Shown one piece after another: positions 1-13,500 of a stretch of 64,000 bases of DNA. A model generated the notes under the pieces. It searched no databases. It was given only the letters and a program-made list of their open reading frames with translations, and had not been told where the DNA came from. Position 1 is the first letter of the stretch; each line of letters opens with the position of its first letter. Origin of the DNA: Lingula anatina (lineage: Eukaryota > Animalia > Brachiopoda); NCBI GenBank assembly GCA_051362555.1, contig CM120642.1, positions 21,142,001 to 21,206,000 on the forward strand, in the 5' to 3' direction. The position numbers and the translations under genes are program-made.

Positions 1-1690
1 GTGACCCGATCATGCTGATTTTCGAACTTGACCTGCGTATTATGAATATTCATCAGTTCTGCAAGTTTCAAGCCAAAAGGTAAAATGGTTTTCCACTTAT
101 CGTGTTATCAGTGTTGTATAAATGCTAAAAACAGTGAAAAAACAGCATAAATTCCCTTAAAGTGACCCAATCATGCTGATTTTCGAACTTAAGCTGCATA
201 TTATGAATATTCATCAGTTCTGTAAGTATCAAGCCAAAAGGTAAAATGGTTTTCCACTTACCGTGTTATCGGTGTTGCATATATGCTGAAAAAAATGAAA
301 AAAACAGCATAAATTCCCTAAAAGTGACCCGATCATGCTGATTTTCGAACTTGACCTGCGTATTATGAATATTCATCAGTTCTGTAAGTTTCAAACCAAA
401 AGGTAAAATGGTTCTCCACTTATCGTGTTATTGGTGCTGCATATATGCTGAAGAAAGTGAAAAAAACAGTATAAATTCCCTAAAAATGACCCAATCATGC
501 TGATTTTCGAACTTGACCTGCGTATTATGAATATTCATCAGTTCTGTAAGTTTCAAACCAAAGGAAAAAACAGTTTTCCACTTATCGTGTTATCGGTGCT
601 GCATATATGCTGAAAAAAGTGAAATAATTATAAAATATTTGTATCACAGATATTCAGAAAATGTGACTAGCAAAGGTCTTCAGGCCCATGGAACTTCAAA
701 GTCACGCCTTGATAATGCCAAAATGTAAACAAGACAGCACTGTTCTGAAATGGGTTTATTTCCATTTTTAACACTTTTTTAACATAAAACATAATAAACA
801 TTTTACTGCCATTTTTATATGTCCAACTAAGAAAATTGATGAGATGGGAAAAGTATCAATAGAACAGTGTTAAATGTCCAATTTCCTCCATTCTGAGATT
901 CTGAACATAGTGGATGATTGAATCTGACAAACTGCAATGATATGAGTTTATTTCCATTTTTGACACTTTATTACACAATACATGATAACAAGTTTACCAT
1001 GTTTTTGACATAATCAACTAACAATGTTGTAAAGATGCAGGAAATATCAAACAAACACTTTTAGGCATCTTATTAGTTAAATAATGAGACTGTTAACATG
1101 CCTAATAATTGAATCTGAGGAAATGTGAAAAAACAGTATAACTTCTTAAGTAATGGCCCGATTATGCTTATTTTCGAACTCAACCTGCGTTTTAGTAAGA
1201 TTGATCACTCCTGTGAGTATAATTACAATTGGCCAATCCATTTTTCTTATATTGTGTTATCAGTGTTGCATTTATATTGAAAATAGTGAAAAAACAGCAT
1301 AAATTACCTAAAAGTGACCCGATCATGCTGATTTTCGAACTTGACCTGCGTATTATGAATATTCATCAGTTCTGTAAGTTTCAAGTCAAAAGGTAAAATG
1401 GTTTTCCACTTATTGTGTTATCGGTGCTGCATATATGCTGAAAAAAGTGAAAAAACAGCATAAATTCCCTAAAAGTGACCCGATCATGCTGATTTTCGAA
1501 CTTGACCTGTGTATTATGAATATTCATCAGTTCTGCAAGTTTCAAGTCAAAAGGTAAAATGGTTTTCCACTTATCGTATTATCGGTAAAAGTGCACGGCG
1601 ACGGCGACGACGGTGACGACAGCGACGACGGCGACAACAGACGCAGATGATGGCTATATGTACAGACACATCTGTGTCTGTACATAAAAA
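1..1690. mobile_element. Helentron/HINE-like non-autonomous element, family A, with ~161-bp tandem repeats
   Basis: Repeat units start at 1, 162, 324 and 486, with more at ~1135-1590. Also a (GACGGC)-type microsatellite at ~1597-1635, a terminal hairpin TGTACAGACAC-ATCT-GTGTCTGTACA at ~1658-1684 and an A-run end. Confidence 0.75.
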
Positions 1691-2532
1691 TCACAAACAT
1701 TCCAGACATTTTACAGCATTAATTCAAGTACTTTTTATGTTTTTTTGACTGAAAATGAGGGCAATTTACTTTCATTTATAAGTGTACATACCAAATTTAC
1801 ACACTGAAAATCCCAATAAAAAATGCTATTTCCTTATAGCGCTTAAAAATGTTTTTTTAGTATGTTCATTAAGGGACCACTTGTCAATAGTGCTTTCTGA
1901 ATTTTGCATTATATACATTGTACACTGTTATCAATTTTAAATGACCCTTGAATTGACTTCTGTTATTGTAACTCTTATGAATAATCAAACGATGGTTCAA
2001 TCAAACTGATTTTCAAAGTGGACCTGCATTTTACTGATACACATGTAATCAACAGTGCTGTAAGTTTGAATACAAAAGGTTAAAAGGATTTCCATTTATT
2101 GTGCTATCTCTGAAAGGTACAGCATCTGTATCTGTATGAACGGCAGATGCATGTCATGGATATATGTACAGACAGGATTCGTCTGTACGTGTCCTTACAT
2201 ACTAACATATTTTATTCTTTGGGTGTGCCTGTTTAGGAGCACAAAATCTAAGATAGCTAGAGCATGATAGGGCAACAATGAGGGCAATTACCACTAATGG
2301 TGAAGTGATGACTTTATGTACAGGCACTTTGTGTTTGTCCATAAATATATATGGACCAATTCAATTATGCCGAATTTCAATTTCTAACTGACAATGAGAC
2401 ACATCCTGTATGTTTGAGACAAGTAAGAAGGTGAACAAAAGTGTCGTACAGAGACATGCAGCTACATGCAGTGATAACGCGGACACTCAGGTGATCATAA
2501 TATATATACACTGTGAAAAACAAAAACCTTAC

Positions 2533-2620
2533 CTCTCCTGGTTGTTCTTGGGCAAATATTGCCACAACATCCAAACATCTCCCTAATAAATCAATAGGAG
2601 GCGATGGCAGTGCACTGAAC
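2533..2620 (-). CDS. NUP188: Nup188 exon 21 (FSALPSPPIDLLGRCLDVVAIFAQEQPGE)
   Basis: 88 nt, AG/GTAAG boundaries, matches recalled SPPVDVIASCVNCL. Confidence 0.92.
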
Positions 2621-5600
2621 CTGGAAAATATTATACTTCAAACATTAGTAAATCAACTTCATGTTAAACTCACATAGCTATAAGATGTTTCATCTAATCA
2701 GTAAAAGTAATTTAACTATTCCCTTTGGTTATTAGCAATGTACTTGTGGAAACTAAAAGTGTGTTTTATGCAGGTACCTCAAGTTTGGAGGGGTGGACCA
2801 TTTTTTATATCAGATAGTGGGGGTACTTCATGTTGAGCGAAAAACTATTTTACATTTACTTGGTACATCCACTGAATATAGAAACTATGGTGATGCTTGA
2901 TATATATCTAATGTTGCCAATGAATGGGCTTTGGACAAAACGATGAAAACTAGCTCTCAAATTTAGCTTATATTGTTTCAAAAATCTTATAACGTTTTCA
3001 TCTGAAGAGGGATCACTTTATACAAATCACTGGTATATAGTTCTGAGAAGCTATCCAAAAGTTAGCACAAGTATGTTACAATAAATGAAAAAAAAAAAGG
3101 CCCATTTCTTAATTATTTTGGTTTCAATTAAATGTGTTTATTTACACTAGTACATGTACTATTCCTGATCTATCTGCAGCTTTTAGCATTCAAACTGCCG
3201 TCTTGAGGCAAAGTTCTTCAGATGTCGCAGATATTAAAAAAAAGAAAACACTTTTTATTCAAAATTTTGACAAGACCCAAGAAAATGTATATCAAAGCTT
3301 ATACCTATTAACATCATTTAGTTCTCTCTGGTGTCAAACTGCATGACTTCTGTCTCTAACACCTCTCATCAATATCTTTGAGAAAAGCAGTGATGCTTCA
3401 TTTACTCTAATACCTTTTCGTAAATGACCAACAGATGTTTGAGAAACTGTTACCCATTTTTACTCAACATCTAAACTTTAATTTGGAAAGTTACCTGTGT
3501 ATGATGGTAAAAAACGATTCCACAATATGAGCCAACTGTTGTGCAAGGTTTGAGTTTGACCTAATGACTGCATGGACAAGCTCTGCAATCTCCTGTACCC
3601 TGGTCAGACTCTCATTTGACACAAGACCTGAAACAACATACATCAAATACAACATTATAATGATTAACTACTATACTTCAGTAAAATACTGTTGCCCATT
3701 AAACATACAGCCCATTAAACATACAGAACCTCTGAAGACAAGCAAGGCTTCATGGATTCAGCACTCACAGAAATCTTGCACAAAGTTAGTTCACATGCTT
3801 TTTTATAAATCTCACTGAATAAAATTTTAACAAACCTAATCTTATGCTTAATTAAGAAGCTCTCTCTCTCTCTCTGTTAATATTTTCAAATTTAGATCTA
3901 TCAAAACAACTGTTACATGTCAACATCATGACTCTATAGGAATCCAAAAGGACTCTGTTGGATTCTAAAAGTATTCTTTCAGAAAATGGGGTCATATAAT
4001 ATTCATGGGGTAAAAAAATCAGATCAACGACACCACAGACAGATTGAACTGAAAATATACAGATACATAGTGTCTATATAAAAACTTAATGGACTCTAAG
4101 CAAATTTATCACACGACTAGTTAATTTGCTATTGGTTTGTAAACATACCTGCACCATGAGATATTTGCTGATTTAAGCTCTGTACCTCACACAGCATCAG
4201 CTGCCAGCCACTGTAACTGGTCTCCCATTGGATGACAGGGGCACCATCACCTACACAATAGCAACAGCATAAAAAGCATCATAAAATGGGGCATCATAAA
4301 ATAAATCCCCAACACAAAGGAGGAACCAACACCTATGCAACCTGTCTAGATGAAAAATTGTTAATTATGCTAACGCCAGATACTCTAAATGAAAGAACAG
4401 AAATTATAACTATGTGTTGTCAAGCCATTAAAAAAACATTTGAAACATCATTTTAAATAAACACCTCCTGATGATCAGGCATACCCTATGGGTATGTCAT
4501 TGAAACTCAAGAGTTGAGGTTCACATGTCTCGTTTTTTAATTTATTTACTTTTAATTGTGTATATATATATATATATAAATATATATATAATTTTTATAT
4601 TTGTCTAATGTTACATTTTCCAAAATTTAAGATTATGAAGCAAAATACAATGCATATTCTATGCGGAAAGCGTGCTCACAAGATCGGTGCCATGTTGCCT
4701 ATGTCTCAATGTTGTTACCCAGTATGGTATATATAAAATATAAAATACCTGTTTGTAACAACATCCCTTGTGTATTGGCTGGAATAACCAATGTTTCTGA
4801 AATGGATAAGTACCATTTTTTAACTAGAGGATCAGAGAGGCGATACCACCTCCAGATATTGTACCACCAGCTGGAGTAAGCGCATTCATATGGAAACCCC
4901 TCCAAAAAGGGACACCACCACCAGTCTTGTGCTTGACAAGCTCTATAAAATTAAATCAAGAAGAGTTCTCAAAATATACAAAAAAACATAACTAAAAATG
5001 GTACAATCAAGCAGATTTTAAAATTGACCTGTATTTTCCAACATTGATCAGTCCTGTGATTTTCTAGACAAATGAAGATGTGAGGGGCAGGAAAATATGC
5101 AAAGTTCAGTTCATGGTGAAAAAGTAGGCCAAAGGTCAATTTTAAGGTCACAGTTAGATTGCCAGTATATGACTTCCTATACAAGTTTAACTAGTATTTA
5201 CGGTTCCAGAAATAGAGAGAGTTTTCAGTTTTGGCATCTAACGGCTGCTTCTCCAGTAAAAATGCACTGATTGACCCCAAACTCCCAAAGATGAAAGTAG
5301 TTCCTAATTATAACCCCCCACTGTAATATCAGAGCTTAGGTCTATGAAGTTTCTAAAAATTGGCACAAACAAATATATTTTTGCAAAAAATTCCCATTTT
5401 TAGAAAATTTTGGCCCGTTTGACCTTGCAATAAAGGTCAAAGGTCAAATCCAAGGGCATATTTGGAATCTTCATATACGATTTTTTTTTAGACTTCTTTA
5501 ATAATTTTTCCCATAATTTCTTTGATTTTGGAAATATTTGGCATTGAATTTTCAAAAATTTTGACAAGGGTGTGTTTCAACTAGCTTCACGCCCAGGCCA

Positions 5601-8600
5601 ATGCACTGACTGAGACAAAAAGAACAGGGGGTTCAGGTTGAGATTATATGTAACTTAAATCCAAGAGATGGGGACATGGGTGCTTGTGGTCTTGGAGGAG
5701 AAGTGGTAATGGTGACTTGTATCCCGCGCCAGTACACGGAGGTGGCGGAGCTGTATGAGACGGGTCGGGACTAAAACCATGAGTACCATCAGCGTACACG
5801 CTGGTGGTACTAATAATACCAAGACAAGTCTGTAATCCCTCCCCTATGCTATTGTATCAACAGATCGGGACATCAAACTGAGCTAGACATTCAAAATTGC
5901 AATTCTGACGTTCCATCAAACTAAGGCATTATTTTGCTTATTTCCTGATAATATAAGACGGAGCCTTTCAAAAAGATTTTCTAACACCAGATTGTAATAC
6001 TTGTACTTTTATCATTCACTTTTAAAATGTAGCAATTTTCACTTTTAAAATATAAACATTCAAATAAAAAAAATTAATTTCATCTGTTTTAGGATAAACA
6101 ATACAAAGCTCCAACATAACAAGAAAAAACTTTCAAATTGGACTACAGCAAACCTCTTTATAAACAGTATGGCATGCATCACAGGTTAAAACCTGGGGTG
6201 GTTTTATTTCACTAAATAAAAGTATACTGAGTATAAGAATATGTAGTTATTCAATATTTATACTTAACAAGGCTACCTAATATATTATCATTTCAATTAC
6301 CCAATCATTTGCTTTATTCTTGAGAATTAAGAAAAGCTGTAGCTGAATCTGAATGTCAGTGAAATCACACCCAATCTGATTTTTAGGTCAGGATCCCATG
6401 GAAAATGCAGATGCTTTAGATATTTTAAGTGTGACATTTAATATGTTATGCTGATGATCATTTCATAAACAAAGTGAATTCTGAAAATAGGGCATTTTAT
6501 AAAATAATGTCACTGGGTGTCAATTTTCCAGGCTTAGATACAAAACCCAAAACCTTTTAGCAATCTATTTTAACTCCAGTGATATTTTATGGTCATTAAG
6601 CCTTATGCACTATGTCAAAGCATTTAAAGATTATTGATAAAATACAAAACAAACAAATAACACCCTTAAGTAAAGCTTTTAAAAAAATCATAAATTTTAA
6701 CAGTCCTCTGTCCTATATTTTAACCTGAACACATTTCAGAATGATTTTATTACATATATTAGAACTAAACAAATAAATAAAATACTCAGTTAACATATCA
6801 TCTGATTGTAATTGTTAAATATTCACTTCTGTAATAATTTTGCCATTTCTAGTTCAAATTTAATTTATGCACAAAACATCAGGTAACATAATGGCATTTG
6901 AAAAAACAATCAAATGATGAATTCACAAATAACACTGATCTATCAAATATTCCTAACCACTGAGGTCCCCATTATCAGAAATTGGAACTTTTGATTGATT
7001 TGAAAATTTCATATATTCAGGACACAATTACCACACATTTGTTTGACTCCACACTGAAGGCTAACACAGGGTACATATTACCCATGCACTTAGTAAAGAC
7101 TTAAACATTTCATTGGCTAGTTTGTGAATGGACACATACCAATTTTTTATTGCTTATGTGTAGGTTTTGCACTGTGGACAAGTTTTCTGTCCATAATTTC
7201 CAGTCCATAAACAAACATGTAGTATGAAGAAACACTGAGGATGAGACGTTATAAATACCTGTTCCATAAGGCATCTTTTGTTTTCTCAGTTGCCACACTA
7301 GATCATTAGTAGCCTCCAGTTCATCTGAAGCATATCTGTCCAGCCATTCTGTGTAGTACTGCAAATGTTGCAAGTGCCTGCTCACCTAGCAGAATTAGAG
7401 ACTTTGTATTTTTAGAATGTGTTGTTTGTATCACTCTGAAATATTTATATAAATTATGTGCACACAAATTATTCAAGGTGGGAGAAGAAAGTAATGTGCA
7501 CTAGTAGATCATGACACATGTGCAATGTAAAAGCACAGAAGCATGGTATAAGAATAAAGCAGCACTGGTATATTGTTAGTACTCTGGAATTTTCATTCAT
7601 TTAAAACTTTGTGAATCAACATCACAATGTTCTAAACTAAAATTAATTTAACTGCACAAACTAGAATATTTCTTAGTTCACTTATCTGGCTTTTTTGTAC
7701 CTTAGCAGCACTGTCACTATTGGCTGAGGCCAAGGCAGTTGCCAGCTGCAGCAGAGGTCTAAACTGCAGAGGGAAATAACAACACACAGCTTGAAACAGA
7801 GGGCCAATGCCTTCCTGGAGGCCCTGAAATAACAGAAAACATCAAATTTCATATGCTTCAGTGCATGTTAAATGATATAACAACCATTTGGATAATGACA
7901 GATCACAGAATAACAAGATTGTTGTCTAATATAATATATTTATTTTTGTAATACATCCCACAATACTACAATGAACATTTGATGCCATCAAATGTCACCT
8001 TAGAAAGCAATACATAATACATAACAAGCAAAACACAGAAAGAAGACTCACTTGACCTTGACATTTATGCAAACACAGATGCTTGACAGGTTGTAAAAAG
8101 AGTAAAATTGAGACAGGAGACACAAATTTCCCACCTGAAAGTCATATTTGTTAAATGGATCTTAATGATAAATGTGGAGAATGCTTGGATGAAATCTCTG
8201 GAGTGTGTACAACAATGGGACAGATAAGAAAATGTCATCCAGTCACTTTTCAGAAACTTGGTCAGGGATTGCATGTACCATGGATAAGGTCCTGTGGTGT
8301 CATATCACCTGCTACAAGGCATTTATAAACAAGTGCTGGCTTGACATGGCTTCAACAACCTGTAGGCAGCTAGGTGGGGCTGGGAAAAGGTCCACTCTGG
8401 GTAAATTTGATCTAGGTAAACAAAGGTTTCATGACAAAAGACCCACATTTTCAGAAAAAAAAAAAACTTTTGCAATTACTGGCTACAGGCCTCTTTGGGC
8501 TATCTCAGATTATACATCATTCATGTTTAATCACTCTTAACTGCCTACCTTATCCCAAAAATCCTCTGCCACGCATGTCTGGGATAGAACTTCGGCAACA

Positions 8601-8713
8601 ATGTCATACAGGGCCTGAGAAGTAAAAAAATAATAATAATATCAATTAATTTATATAGCGGCTTCAAAATAAGTTAATATTGGTATTTAAATAAGCCTAT
8701 TGTTGGATAAACG

Positions 8714-8763
<50 letters not shown>

Positions 8764-9835
8764 ATGTGTGTGTATGTGTGAAGTTTGATAGTTCAAAAAA
8801 AGTCTTATGCTCACTGCCAAGTACATAAATAGAGAAATAGAGAAAAAGAAAAAGAACAGTGACTGTTGCACCCTATATGTTTAAAATCACATTTCAAAGG
8901 TCTTCTGTCTTCTGGCATGGGTCTTCCAGAAAACAGTCACAATATTTCAAATTTGCATTGATGGGCATCTTTTCTATCTAAAGACAAAAATGGAGGATGG
9001 ATCAACAAAATTAATTTGGAAGACTGTCAAAAAAAAAAAATAAATAAATAAATTGAAAAAGCCAATATGTGTCAGTGAAAATTCATAAAAAACTGCAAAT
9101 TTGCTTCTAGAAGAGAATGCAGACTGGTCTCCAACTCAAGCTGCATTTCAGTCCTATGAATCTTTTCAGTAAGTTTGACAATCACAAGTAACATGGTTTT
9201 CCTTAAATGGCCATTATGATGACAGTGTTCCAAAAAGAATTTCCTCAATTTTGATGCAATATTACATAATGCTGACCATCAATTTCATTAATAAAATATA
9301 AATATAAGGGATATTCAGAAAACGTGACTAACAAAGGTCTTCAGACCCTCAGGACTTCAAAGTTACACCTTGAAAATGCCAATATGTGAAATATTAAAAT
9401 TTCACAAAAAAACTGAAAAACAGAAAAACTGGAGGATCAAAGAGGTGATACTGCCTCCAGGTATTGTACCACCAGCTTGAGTAAAAGCATTCATTTTCCC
9501 ATTTGTATCCTCTTGGAGAACATCAAACAAGACAAAAGCCAGAATTAAGATGCCAATGAAGAACATAAATGTGAAAATAAAACCTAAAATAGCCTGTAGT
9601 CCAAGATTTGTTAACAATGTTGATGACCATTTCATTATTTTGTTTAACTCAAGAATTAAATGTTACACTGTATAATACAACACAACTTGATTCTTATATC
9701 TTCTTTGTAACTGTTTAGGAAGTCTGATCACTTCACCAAAGTTTTTTTTATAGAAAATCAAACATTAACAAAATTATGGGACAACATATTTAGGGAGCTG
9801 TGTATTTACAATCACTGGCAATTGAAGTTTTTCAC

Positions 9836-9870
<35 letters not shown>

Positions 9871-10468
9871 CCTCAGTGTCTCCCAGCGTGTCCTTCTCAA
9901 AGGTCTTCAGTACAATAGTTAACAGTCCATACACTATGGAATGGCTCATCTCAGACAACTGAAATAATGATCAAACAATAAATGCCATTTATGTAGACTA
10001 GTCCTTCATACTACAGAGATACATATAGTAAAATATAATACATATATAAAATATAATGGAAAAGTATCCTCTCCTCTCTTTCTCTCTCTCTCATAGACAC
10101 CCACACATATAATTAAAATTTTCAAAACAGAAAATAATATATAATTCCAATCTTATCGGGTATATCAGCTCCAAGGGTTGGTATGGAAGTTTTTTCAGTC
10201 CTAATAAAATCATGTGCAATTTCACTCTTGGTTTCACACCATAGTTTAAAATGAATTGTATGTATGTATGTATGCATGTATGTATGTATGTATGTATGTA
10301 TGTAAGTACTATAAGTAAGTAACTAACTAACTAACTAACTAACTAGCACCAAGATGGTCTGAATCTGAACTTCAGATCAGAAAGATTAATGATCTGACGT
10401 TATCTTATTCAATACTTGTCAACATTGACAATTTAAGAGAGGTAGATTTCCTTGTGTGCCCTATCTCT

Positions 10469-10517
<49 letters not shown>

Positions 10518-13500
10518 CTTTATCAGATTTTTATATCAAGTCTTTCAATGTTTGACATGCAATATATCTATATAACATATCTAGTAAAGTGCCATAAGCA
10601 GATTTACAACTTAGCTGTAGCAAAAGCCTGTTTTCATCAATAATTGAAACAAGTTAATTCTTGCACTGTGACATTACAGTGTCCATCATGTCGCTTTCAT
10701 CAGTGATAGTACAGCATTAAGACCAACATTAAAAGGTTCCTTTAAACTTTCTTTCAACTTTTAAAAAGTGCAAGTTCATGCATCAGGAACTTAGCAAACA
10801 AAAGAAACCAGGGGAGATATCATGCCTACCAAACTACCAGACGTGGTACCTTAGGTTCCAGAATTCACCAGTAGATCAGATTGCACTACCAATTTTGAAG
10901 GTGTGTATCAGTATGCATTTCACAGTATCATACCCCTGGAGAAATTTTGTTCAATGACCTGTCCTACCTGTCATCTGGGTATTGCGACTCATTTTCATCA
11001 AGTAGTAGTCATAAGAATACAATAATATGGCAACAGGTGATTTTGAATTTACATAAGCAAACTATTATTTAAACTGTAAATTACTTTCATCTTGTAACAC
11101 CAGCAGAAAACTCTCATCATACATGTTTGCTCCGTGAAACACATCCATCCCAGTGGCCATGAAAACTTAATTTAACCCCTAACAGGCTATGCCTCCCCTG
11201 ACAGAATTAGATCTACCATACTTAATTAATATTAAAAGATTGCACCTAGTTATTTGAATAACTTCGTGGCTATGTTCAAACTTGAACTTTTTGGTAAAAG
11301 ATCACAGTATTGTATGATTTATTACATAAAACAGAAACTAGCAGCAGCACATGAATTTTGATGAGATGCACTACTTTCCAACCCCATGCAGAATCATCGC
11401 TACCACATTGCATACCAGGCGAGAAGGTGATGCAACTGATACTTCAAAGCACGTACTGATACACATCTTGAAAACAGATAGTGCGATCTGATCAATGTGA
11501 ATTCCAGATCATGCGGTTCCCTGTCTGGATACTATCTTAACTGTCAATTTAGAAAAACATGGATGTCTGACACCTATGATCACCTATCATTAGACACATT
11601 TAAAAGGCGTTTTATCTCTGTCTGGGGTAGCGGTAACACTTCACAATTTCACCAAATGCTAACACTGACTTTGACTAAATAAAATAGGGTCGATTTGACT
11701 TGTTTTAATCCAATTTAAACCACTTGGAGAAAAAAGTGATTAAAAAGAAGTGATTTGGCTAAGTGAAAAAAATTGTAAGCACTATCCTAGCTTGTTCAGA
11801 TGCAATTGGCTTCAACCCTTCATTTTATACAAAGCCCTGAATCCTTTGTAAATTAATTCCCACCTTGTTGACTTTGACAATCAGGTACCCAACAATAATG
11901 AAGCATGTTTATAATGATTTTCAGCAGTAGTCTCAAATACATTTACAAAATAGCAGTGGTAGGACTGAAAGTGCAGTACAGCGACATCTGGCGCCAAAAG
12001 GGCCGATATACCCCATAGTAGTCTATTAATCTTTCTCAGTGTGCAAATTCATAATGCCGATATAACAGTCCGAAAACTTACTGCTTTATCATCAAACACT
12101 TCCATCCCTAGAGCTGCAGACAGATATCTGAAGACATCCAGCTGAAGTGCATGGTTTCCCAGTCTCTTAGAAAGGCTTTCACTTTCATATCCTACTGACA
12201 GATGGCTTATTACTGACCATGCTAATAAGATAGGTCCATGGTGCACACTCTCCCCTAAAGTTTTTACATGTGTCTCAAATTCCTGGAAATAAAAGGATTG
12301 TAATTATAGTGACTACAACCAAAAGGGCAAACAATAAAATAGATTTTAAATCTTCAGCTTAGTCATTTTCATATTCAAATAATAACATCATCCAATGGGC
12401 TAGCCACTGACCTCCCCTAGGCCAGACTAGGCATGCAGATTTTAAATATGAGCAGCCAATTGCAATCTCACCCAGGCCACACTGAAATTTCAACCTGGCT
12501 GAGGGAGTTTCAAAATTTGCGAATACAAGATCGAAATTCAAATCATAGATAATTAAAAATAATTAACAGATTAATCCCTAAACAATGCAGCAAAGCTGTC
12601 AAATATACAGTAACCAAGAATAATCTTATCAAGCTGGTTTGCCTATTTGAACTGTATGTCAAACATTCTTGTAAGTTACAAAATAATTTCAGGAACACAG
12701 TTTTCATTTAAGTTTAGCAGTAGTACACAATATACATATTTTTAATCAATTTTGATGTAATGTCAATTTTATTAATTGGAAGCAAAATGATTGTTTACAG
12801 ACATGAAATGCTTACTAATTTGGGGATCAAATATGCCACAACGGACTTGAAAGCAAGCTGAGACTAAATTGCTCTGTTCCTGCTAGGATGGCATTACATT
12901 ACTCTTAGGGGTTTATCAGCTTGTTTCCCAGTGCCACCATACATGACCTGTGGACAAGTTAGTGGATTAGAAATAGTGGCATCAGCCAAGATCAAGGGAG
13001 TTTCATATGCAAAGGTGCATATTAAATTTCTACTGGAATTGGTGGCCATCTTGCATATTTAGAGTTCCCTAAGTGACAACCCCGCAAATTTTACTCTATA
13101 GCCCCATAGGAGCCAGAATCAAGAGAGAAACTTTACAGGAACATACATTTCTAGGTCCATGTAATCGAGGCATGGGAGTAACTACTCCACTAATAAATTG
13201 TATAACTAAAATGGCTTTATTAGGGATGTGATTTATCTATTTATAATCTAAAAGTGTCTGTGACTTGGATTTAACCCTGGCCTATGTTGATTTACATACT
13301 GCCTTTACAGGAATGAACTTTCAACTCCCCTTCATATAAAAGCAGATTTTAAATCTGCCTAGGCGAATGTATCCTAACATTATAATTTTGTGGCATATAT
13401 ATTCTAACATTATAATTTTCCTATGCTATCAAAACAAAAATGATGGATATTTAAAGTTATAAAACATCACACAAACATGAGCTTACCTGAGTAACTCTGC

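Noticed and set aside
1-60. Hammerhead-like CTGATGA...CGAAA...TC on the minus strand of every ~161-bp unit
   Set aside because: Stem II cannot close (A opposite C), stem III needs an extra A in the core, and there is no stem I complementarity.
6957-6988. Candidate small Nup188 exon (VPISDNGDLS)
   Set aside because: Poor acceptor and no similarity to Nup188; the missing segment is explained by exon 4749-4796.
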